Source: Clostridia bacterium (GTDB lineage Bacteria; Bacillota; Clostridia; UMGS1883). Taken from it: a DNA stretch of 64,000 nucleotides. Position numbers and translations under genes: made by a program. A model generated the notes under the pieces. It was not told where the DNA came from and made no database searches. It saw only the letters and a program-made list of their open reading frames with translations. Below, piece after piece: positions 44,626-51,719 of this stretch. The DNA lies in the NCBI GenBank assembly GCA_045656645.1, contig JAZORN010000081.1:490-64489 (forward strand). Direction: 5' to 3'. Positions within the stretch are counted from its first letter, which is position 1; each line of letters starts with the position of its first letter.

Positions 44626-45072
44626 TTATTCGGGGTTTACAACTACTTTTATCTTAGCTGAAATTTCGGGGTAAATCTTAAGCTCAACATCCTTTTCACC
44701 GATGGTCTTTATACCGTCGGGAAGTACAATCTTACGCTTATCAATAACGTGATGAAGCTGATACTTTATAGCATCTGCTACATTCTGATTTGTAATTTTA
44801 CCAAAGAGCTTTCCGCCCTCGCCTGCTTTTCCCGTGAGCACAACCTTTGCACCCTCAAGACTTTTTGCAGTTTCCTTTGCTGCCTCAATCTCCTGCTGCT
44901 TATGATAAGCGGCAGCTTCATTCTTTCCCTTTATATTGTTAAGCACATCAGCCGTTGCAATTTCTGCCATTTTTTTAGGAAGCAGGAAATTTCTTGCATA
45001 ACCGTCGCTCGCCTCAACTACGTCACCCTTTTTGCCGTGACCCTTTACATCTGTCAAAAGTACAACCTTCAT
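44626..45072 (-). CDS. rplI: 50S ribosomal protein L9
   Basis: MKVVLLTDVKGHGKKGDVVEASDGYARNFLLPK is a classic L9 N-terminus. Confidence 0.95.
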   Translation of the reverse strand: MKVVLLTDVKGHGKKGDVVEASDGYARNFLLPKKMAEIATADVLNNIKGKNEAAAYHKQQEIEAAKETAKSLEGAKVVLTGKAGEGGKLFGKITNQNVADAIKYQLHHVIDKRKIVLPDGIKTIGEKDVELKIYPEISAKIKVVVNPE

Positions 45073-45089
45073 ATTATATCTTCCTTTCC

Positions 45090-47066
45090 TTACAGTATTT
45101 CGTCAATTGCCTTTTTGAGCATTTCACCCGCATCAAAAACCGAGCTTTGCTCTATCTGCGCACCTGCAACCATCATATGACCGCCGCCGCCAAGCTTTTC
45201 TAAAACCACCTGTACATTAACCTCGCCAAGCGACCTGCCGCTTATGACAACATTTCCGTTTTCACCGCGTGCCACCACAAATGCCGCCTTGATATCAGTA
45301 ATTTCAAGCATTTCATCGGCAGCCTCTGCAATAACAAGGTGCGGTACAACACCCGAAAAGAGTGAAATTGCTATATTATTACTGTATACCTGCGCCTCTG
45401 TTACGATTTGCGCCTTAAGCTTATAGTTATCTATTGAATCCCTGAAAAGCTTCTTAACACGGATAGTATCAACGCCTGCCGCCCTTAAGTATGCGGCAGC
45501 TTCAAACGTCCTCACACCCGTTTTAAATGTAAAGTTCTTTGTATCTACCGCTATTCCTGAATAGAGTGCCTCTGCATCAACAGTAGACACGGCATAATGA
45601 TGACCGAAATACTGCATAATTTCAGCCACCATTTCACACGTCGATGATGCAAAAGGTTCATGATAAATAATATCTGCATCATCAATAAAGCTCTCGCTTC
45701 TTCTGTGGTGGTCTATTACTACTTTAGTCTTTACAGAATCAATAAGCTCAGGCATTTCTGTATATTCGGGGATATGCGTATCACATATTACAAGCAAGGT
45801 CTTAGGCGTAATAAAATCACGAAGTCCCTGCTTTCCTATAAACATACCGTCGTGGTAATGATTTTCCTCAATCTTTTTAAGGAGAAGCTGCACCGTATCG
45901 TCCTTGGTTAAAAGAAGCACCTTTGCCTCTTTTTTAATATGGCTTGCCATACTTGCAATACCTATTGCCGCACCTATTGCATCAGCATCACTGTTTCTGT
46001 GCCCCATAATGAGTACATTGTCCGATGCCTCCATAAGCTCCCTAAGGTTACTTGCCATAATGCGTGCCTTAACCTTTGTACGCTTTTCCGTTTCCTTGGA
46101 ATTTCCGCCAAAGTAGCTGAATTTACCTTTGTTTCGGATAACCACCTGGTCACCGCCTCTGCCAAGCGCCATTTCAAGTGCTTTCTTGGAGGAAATGTCG
46201 TTTTTACTAAGTGACGAGCTTCCAATTCCTATACCGATGCTGACAGTTGGCGGAATTTTTGCCGTCTCGTCAAAGGTTTTTACATTATTTAATATTTCAA
46301 ATTTCTTCTCTGTAAATTCATCAAGCTGTTTTTTTGTAAACACGCAAAGATACTTGTCTTTTTCAATCTTTTTTACAAGGCCGCCTGCATCCTGCACCCA
46401 GCCTATAATATTTTTGTCAAGAAGTGTTACTATATCAAGACGTTCCTCGTCGCTGAGCTCTGCTACAACCTCGTCAAAGTTATCAACCATAATCTGTGCA
46501 ACGGCACACGACGCTTCTTCAAGAGCCTTCTTTGCACTGACAAGCTCCGTCACCTTTTCCATATAAAGCATGATTGCCGCATGGTCGGGTGCAGTTCTGC
46601 GCTTAACATTTGAACGGACAATATAAATCTCTTCCCCGATATTTACCGTTATCGGTGTGCGTCCGCCGTCATCATATATTTCACGGATTTTAATCTGCGG
46701 AATTATTTCACTGATTTTTTTATCTGAAACGGTGGTAAAAAGCTCTTTAAATGCACTGTTGTACCACGCAACTGTCCCGTCTATTCTTATTCCTGCAATC
46801 GGACTCATAGACTTAAAGAGCGCCTCATTATTCTGTAGTTCGTTTTCATCACTTGCCGCATCACTTATATATTCCTTCATTTTTTTAACACGGCTCATAT
46901 GCCACACTATTTTTTCCAGAATAATCAGTGCTGAAAGGACAAGAATGACCAAAGAAAGAATTGTATGGGTTTTAATCATAAAAATCGCACAGATAAATAT
47001 AAAAGCTGCAAAAAACGGAGTTGCCGCACGGGGCATAGAATCAATTTTCTCGTTCTTCTGCTTCAT
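45090..47066 (-). CDS. gdpP: Cyclic-di-AMP phosphodiesterase GdpP (2 TM, PAS-like, degenerate GGDEF, DHH/DHHA1)
   Basis: DHH motifs (HRNSDADAIG, DHHR) and DHHA1 GGGGHMMVAG. The ATG at 47066 lies 5 nt after AAGGGGGAGAG and gives 658 aa. It overlaps yybS by 26 nt. Confidence 0.9.
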   Translation of the reverse strand: MKQKNEKIDSMPRAATPFFAAFIFICAIFMIKTHTILSLVILVLSALIILEKIVWHMSRVKKMKEYISDAASDENELQNNEALFKSMSPIAGIRIDGTVAWYNSAFKELFTTVSDKKISEIIPQIKIREIYDDGGRTPITVNIGEEIYIVRSNVKRRTAPDHAAIMLYMEKVTELVSAKKALEEASCAVAQIMVDNFDEVVAELSDEERLDIVTLLDKNIIGWVQDAGGLVKKIEKDKYLCVFTKKQLDEFTEKKFEILNNVKTFDETAKIPPTVSIGIGIGSSSLSKNDISSKKALEMALGRGGDQVVIRNKGKFSYFGGNSKETEKRTKVKARIMASNLRELMEASDNVLIMGHRNSDADAIGAAIGIASMASHIKKEAKVLLLTKDDTVQLLLKKIEENHYHDGMFIGKQGLRDFITPKTLLVICDTHIPEYTEMPELIDSVKTKVVIDHHRRSESFIDDADIIYHEPFASSTCEMVAEIMQYFGHHYAVSTVDAEALYSGIAVDTKNFTFKTGVRTFEAAAYLRAAGVDTIRVKKLFRDSIDNYKLKAQIVTEAQVYSNNIAISLFSGVVPHLVIAEAADEMLEITDIKAAFVVARGENGNVVISGRSLGEVNVQVVLEKLGGGGHMMVAGAQIEQSSVFDAGEMLKKAIDEIL

Positions 47067-48045
47067 CTGTCTCTCCCCCTTCCTCTTCTTTCCCGATTTT
47101 TCTGAAATTTGCAAATGCATCAACAGATGCAAGAAGTATATAAACGATAAATAAATTTACATACGGACTTACGCCTGAAAAAACAGTGGAGAATAAGAAT
47201 ACAAAAATATGGATTATAACTCTTATCGGTGTATTTTTTATAATGCGCCTGAGATAAAAGTCAACAAACGACATTCCTGCAAAAAAGCTTACTGCACCAA
47301 GCACTATCAGCGCATTGAGGAAAACATATGAAAACTTTCCCTCGGGACTTATAAAAAAGAGAGCAAATGAAAGTATCATAATAGCAACTGCCGTTTTGGG
47401 AAGACGCACCTTTGCAAATGAATGTGTAATTCCCACGGGAAGTCTTCGCATCTGCGCCGTTACAAGCCACATTACACCATACCCTACCGCAAGGGACGAA
47501 ATTACAAGAATGGACGGTACCATCATAACTGCAATGCGGCCGATTGTATCTATTAATGTGTCTATGGTTTCTGTCGGGATATTCACTCCGCTCTCATTCA
47601 GAGATGCTATCTGCATCTTAAAAAGCTCCATCGGCATTCCCGTAAGGAATTGCGCAACACTCATTCCTGCTTTTAAAGCACTGTTATAAAGCTCCGTAAA
47701 GCTCAGAATAAGGAATGCACCGCCCGAAAGCAATACGCCGTTACAAAAACCTTTTTTCTTTATAATTGCATATGCACACAAACATCCGCACAGTGCCGCC
47801 TCAAGTCCTATAAAAAGCCCCTGCAGCTTTGCCGTTTCCCCGTATGTGCCGCAAAAAAACATTGATATTAAAATAGCGCACAGTGATGCTATCAGTGCAG
47901 TTATGGGACCTAAGCACAGAATTGTCATTGCAATATTATATGCACAAAAAACCATTGCCACTGTTGGCATACCAAATAATATGGGCAGAAGTGCCACTAA
48001 TATTTTCCATATTATATGAAAACTTACTCTTTCCTGTCTCATCAT
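47041..48045 (-). CDS. yybS: YybS-family (DUF2232) polytopic membrane protein
   Basis: About 8 TM helices. It occupies the conserved position upstream of gdpP-rplI-dnaB, as in Bacillus. Confidence 0.7.
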   Translation of the reverse strand: MMRQERVSFHIIWKILVALLPILFGMPTVAMVFCAYNIAMTILCLGPITALIASLCAILISMFFCGTYGETAKLQGLFIGLEAALCGCLCAYAIIKKKGFCNGVLLSGGAFLILSFTELYNSALKAGMSVAQFLTGMPMELFKMQIASLNESGVNIPTETIDTLIDTIGRIAVMMVPSILVISSLAVGYGVMWLVTAQMRRLPVGITHSFAKVRLPKTAVAIMILSFALFFISPEGKFSYVFLNALIVLGAVSFFAGMSFVDFYLRRIIKNTPIRVIIHIFVFLFSTVFSGVSPYVNLFIVYILLASVDAFANFRKIGKEEEGGETDEAEEREN

Positions 48046-48146
48046 ACCTGTTCCTTTTTTGTAATATATACCTAATCTATGTTATACTATCATATTTCAC
48101 CGTCAATGTAAAGATATTTTAATCAAAATTTATCTGTTAAAAGCAG

Positions 48147-48175
48147 TTGCTTTTACCCCGAGGATGTGATAAACT
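48147..48175 (+). promoter_or_regulatory. Candidate sigma-A promoter with extended -10 for the PqqD-peptidase pair
   Basis: TTGCTT (48147-48152), 17 nt, TGA-TAAACT (48170-48175). Confidence 0.45.
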
Positions 48176-48205
48176 AATTCTATATGACGAAAGGAAGTAT
48201 AACAT

Positions 48206-48469
48206 ATGAAAATACGTGACGGTTATCTTCTGCGAAGCGTCGCAGGGAAAAATATAGTTGTTTCTGTCGGTGCACAGCTTGACTTTAACGGTATGCTCAC
48301 ACTTAACGATACGGGTGTGTTCTTCTGGAACTTGCTTTCAAAGGGCGCAACAAAGGAAGAGATGCTCGATGCACTGCTTAAGGAATATGATGTAAGTGCC
48401 GAAGATGCATCAAAGGATATTGATGAATTTATCGGAAAGCTCAAAGATGCCAGACTGTTGGAGGATTGA
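48206..48469 (+). CDS. PqqD-family protein (RiPP recognition element-type peptide chaperone)
   Basis: 87 aa. LLRSVAGKNIVVSVG...FNGMLTLNDTGVFFWNLL...TKEEMLDALLKEYDV..E.A.KDIDEFIGKL fits the PqqD/RRE pattern (beta-strands followed by a winged helix). Confidence 0.8.
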   Translation: MKIRDGYLLRSVAGKNIVVSVGAQLDFNGMLTLNDTGVFFWNLLSKGATKEEMLDALLKEYDVSAEDASKDIDEFIGKLKDARLLED

Positions 48470-48924
48470 TTGTTTTGCAGGAAATAAATGTTTCACTTGA
48501 CGAAATGTATCCGATAATTTGTGAGCAGCTTCAGTGTGGCGGCAAAGTGCGTTTTAAACCGCATGGGACAAGTATGCTCCCCACTCTTCGTCAGGGAATT
48601 GATGAGGTAGAGCTTACAAAGCCTGACAGAAAGCTGAAAAAATATGATATTGCTTTCTACAGACGGAAAAACGGTCAGTTTGTACTGCACAGAATTTTAG
48701 GTAAAAAGAGTGATGGCTCCTATATTATACGAGGTGACCATCAGTTCCAGTACGAATACGGTATTTGTGATGAGGATATCATTGCCGTTTGCTCCGGGAT
48801 TTACAGAAACGGAAAATATATTTCTGCAAATTCTCTCCCTTTCTACTTGTGGGCAATTTTAGGACCGTTTTATTTCAGAACACGTTTCAGACTTAGTACA
48901 CTTAAGAAAAAACTACGGGGGTAA
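48466..48924 (+). CDS. S24/S26-family peptidase-like protein with a probable Ser/His dyad
   Basis: GTSMLPTL serine box. VLHRILGKKSDGSYIIRGD occupies the place of the xKRxxGxxGD box. There is one C-terminal hydrophobic segment. The start is ambiguous: TTG at 48466 overlaps the PqqD stop, while TTG at 48475 lies 10 nt after GGAGG. Confidence 0.7.
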   Translation: MIVLQEINVSLDEMYPIICEQLQCGGKVRFKPHGTSMLPTLRQGIDEVELTKPDRKLKKYDIAFYRRKNGQFVLHRILGKKSDGSYIIRGDHQFQYEYGICDEDIIAVCSGIYRNGKYISANSLPFYLWAILGPFYFRTRFRLSTLKKKLRG

Positions 48925-48926
48925 TT

Positions 48927-50162
48927 ATGTATATTAATGAAAAAATAAGAGCACTTGGTGAGGAAGTCGAAAAGGAGTTTTCCTCTTACCTTTCTGATGT
49001 TGATGAAATTGCACGCTTTAATCAGGAAAAGGTGCTTGATGCATTTATAAAAAACCGTGTCGCTGAAAACTGTCTTTACCCATCAACGGGCTACGGCTAC
49101 GGTGATATCGGCAGAGAAACACTTGACAGTATTTATGCCGATATTTTCGGTGCGGAGGATGCACTCGTACGCCATAACATTGTAAACGGAACACACTGCC
49201 TTGCAATTTCCCTATTTTCCGTTCTGCGCCCGGGGGACACTCTCCTTGCCGCAACGGGAAAGCCGTATGACACCCTTGAAGAGGTTATAGGTATTTCGGG
49301 AAACAGTGGCGGAAATCTTAAGGATTTTGGTATTTCTTATAAGCAGGTTGACTTAATTGACGGAAACGTTGATTTTGACGGTATAAAGGAAGCTTTAACC
49401 CCTGATGTCAAGGCGGTTATTCTCCAGCGTTCAAAGGGCTACGATTGGCGTGACACATTAAGCTGCGAAAAGCTTGGCGAGGCGATTTCATTTATAAAGT
49501 CCATCCGCAGTGATGTTTGCTGCGTCGTGGATAACTGCTACGGTGAATTTGCAGAAAAGACAGAGCCTACACAGCACGGTGCAGACCTTGTTGTTGGCTC
49601 GCTTATAAAAAACACAGGCGGCTCACTTGCACAATCAGGCGGTTATATAGCAGGTAAAAAAGAGTATGTGGAGCTTGCCGCATACCGTCAGACCGCACCC
49701 GGTATCGGTAAGGAATGCGGCGCTACACTCGGTCAGAACAGATATATGTATCAGGGACTTTTTATGGCACCCCATATTGTTGCGCAGGCAATAAAAAGCG
49801 CTATTTTCTGCGGCGGTCTTATGCAGAAATTAGGGTTTGAGGTAAATCCGCTTCCTACGCAGAAGCACTACGATATAATTCAGGCTATAAAGTTTAACGA
49901 TAAGGAAAAGCTTATAAAATTTATTCAGGGTATACAGAAAGCCTCCCCCGTAGACAGCTTTGCACTTCCTATGCCGTGGGATATGCCGGGCTATCAGCAT
50001 CAGGTTATAATGGCGGCAGGCACATTTGTTTCAGGTGCAAGTATCGAGCTTAGCGCCGATGCCCCCATAAAAGAGCCTTATGTTGGCTTTATGCAGGGCG
50101 GTATAACGTATGAAAGCGCAAGGCTTGCTATAATGAATGCCGCAAGTGAGGTAATTGATTAA
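48927..50162 (+). CDS. YnbB-family (methionine gamma-lyase-like / aluminium-resistance) PLP-dependent protein
   Basis: STGYGYGDIGRETLDSIYADIFGAEDALVR ... GKPYDTLEEVIG matches my recollection of YnbB-family N-termini. Confidence 0.7.
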   Translation: MYINEKIRALGEEVEKEFSSYLSDVDEIARFNQEKVLDAFIKNRVAENCLYPSTGYGYGDIGRETLDSIYADIFGAEDALVRHNIVNGTHCLAISLFSVLRPGDTLLAATGKPYDTLEEVIGISGNSGGNLKDFGISYKQVDLIDGNVDFDGIKEALTPDVKAVILQRSKGYDWRDTLSCEKLGEAISFIKSIRSDVCCVVDNCYGEFAEKTEPTQHGADLVVGSLIKNTGGSLAQSGGYIAGKKEYVELAAYRQTAPGIGKECGATLGQNRYMYQGLFMAPHIVAQAIKSAIFCGGLMQKLGFEVNPLPTQKHYDIIQAIKFNDKEKLIKFIQGIQKASPVDSFALPMPWDMPGYQHQVIMAAGTFVSGASIELSADAPIKEPYVGFMQGGITYESARLAIMNAASEVID

Positions 50163-50180
50163 TTGTAAATTTCGCAATAA

Positions 50181-50227
50181 AATACCGTCTGTAACTTTTC
50201 GTTTACAGACGGTATTTCTTTTATTTT
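50181..50227 (+). terminator. Intrinsic terminator
   Basis: AATACCGTCTGTAA-loop-TTACAGACGGTATT forms a perfect 14-bp stem followed by a T-rich tail. Confidence 0.8.
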
Positions 50228-50409
50228 GTGTCAAGTCAGGTGAACAGTGAATAATAGGACCTACTAAATTCACCCGAACATTTTTCATCAGAACCCGCAG
50301 GAATGTTGGATTTTCCTGCCCGATATGTAAATATTTATTATCGGCAAACTATTCTTTTAATTTTGAAATTTGTCACAAGTGAAACATAGCAGAACTTTTT
50401 GCAAACAGA

Positions 50410-51453
50410 TTAGAGGTTGTAGCGACCAATAACATCTGTCAATGCTTTTGCCATAGACGCAAATCCAAAATCTGTTGGATGGCAATTATCTACAGTTCCC
50501 GAATCTTTACAAAGTTCAGTCAGTGCCTCTCCGTCAATAAAATATACATTTTTATCGCCAGATAAAACCGCATTACGATATGTTGTTTCAATTATGCTTC
50601 GTCTTATTCTTTCATCATCGGTTAAAAAATGTTTTGGTCGAGACATCATTATCACAGGCAAAAGTGGGTTCTTCTTTCTTATTTCCTTAAACATTTTTTC
50701 GTGAGTTTTTTCAAGATGCTCAACGGTGGGAGCATTATGATCGTAATCATAAACAAAAATTGACATATCTAAATTTTTGATATAATCAATCATCTCATTT
50801 TCTGCCCTTGCACTCCCTGAAAAGCCAAGGTTTATGTAATCGTAATTAAAATTTCTCGAAACAATCGCTTGATAGCTCATTCCCGGCCTTGATGCACATC
50901 CACCCTGTGTTATTGATGAACCGTAATATACAATCGGCTTATCATTTTTATATGCTGTAGCTTCTGATACATAAGCAGTGTCCTGCAAACCGATAAACAA
51001 TTCGCAAACATTGGAATACAAGGGAAAATTAATTGTTATTTCTCGTCGTTCTTTTTTCTCAAGTTCATAGATGCTTTCATATCCATCTTTAATATCAAAC
51101 GGGGGAACAAATGTTTTTGCATAATAATTATCAATATACAAATCAAATCCTATGGAACCTGTTAGTGCAAAATGAGGCATTTTTCCTAAACCATCCATTT
51201 TAACATGAATAGCTATGTAAGGACTGTCTGTAACAAACTTTACTCTACCGCCTGCAGTATTTGAATGAAGAGCATATACTCCTTCACTTACACTTTTGGC
51301 AACACCTTCAGGCATTCGCCTATATTTACCGTTTTCTTTGAAAACTCCATAAACTTTAAATGGAGCCTCATCAATTTTATAAAACTTAATATCATTTTTA
51401 TCTATTTTTGTTTCAATCGTAAAATTCCCATCTACCTTTGAAATATCAAACAT
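50410..51453 (-). CDS. SGNH/GDSL-family hydrolase with an N-terminal beta-sandwich-like domain
   Basis: Block I YYGSSITQGG and block V DNCHPTD. The gene looks AT-rich by eye. Confidence 0.75.
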   Translation of the reverse strand: MFDISKVDGNFTIETKIDKNDIKFYKIDEAPFKVYGVFKENGKYRRMPEGVAKSVSEGVYALHSNTAGGRVKFVTDSPYIAIHVKMDGLGKMPHFALTGSIGFDLYIDNYYAKTFVPPFDIKDGYESIYELEKKERREITINFPLYSNVCELFIGLQDTAYVSEATAYKNDKPIVYYGSSITQGGCASRPGMSYQAIVSRNFNYDYINLGFSGSARAENEMIDYIKNLDMSIFVYDYDHNAPTVEHLEKTHEKMFKEIRKKNPLLPVIMMSRPKHFLTDDERIRRSIIETTYRNAVLSGDKNVYFIDGEALTELCKDSGTVDNCHPTDFGFASMAKALTDVIGRYNL

Positions 51454-51590
51454 ATTAATTCTCCTCTTTTCCTAATATTCGACACAGTTCGACTTTTGTC
51501 AAGTCGGGACAAAATTTTAATGATATACTCGCTTACTCTCGTGCGATATATTTATTATCATAAATGCGATATAACTCCGCTTTGCTCCAT

Positions 51591-51713
51591 AGCTAAATAA
51601 CTCCATCGGAGCAGCTAAATTAAATTCGCCATATAGCTGACCGCAAGGTCAATTTAGCTACGAAGTAATTTAGCTGAACTTGTTCAATTTAGCTCGCGAT
51701 AGCGAATTTAGCT
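51591..51713. repeat. Array of the 9-mer AATTTAGCT: four direct copies plus two inverted copies
   Basis: AATTTAGCT occurs at 51651, 51667, 51686 and 51705. The complement AGCTAAATT occurs at 51613 and AGCTAAATA at 51591. Confidence 0.85.
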
Positions 51714-51719
51714 GTGTTG

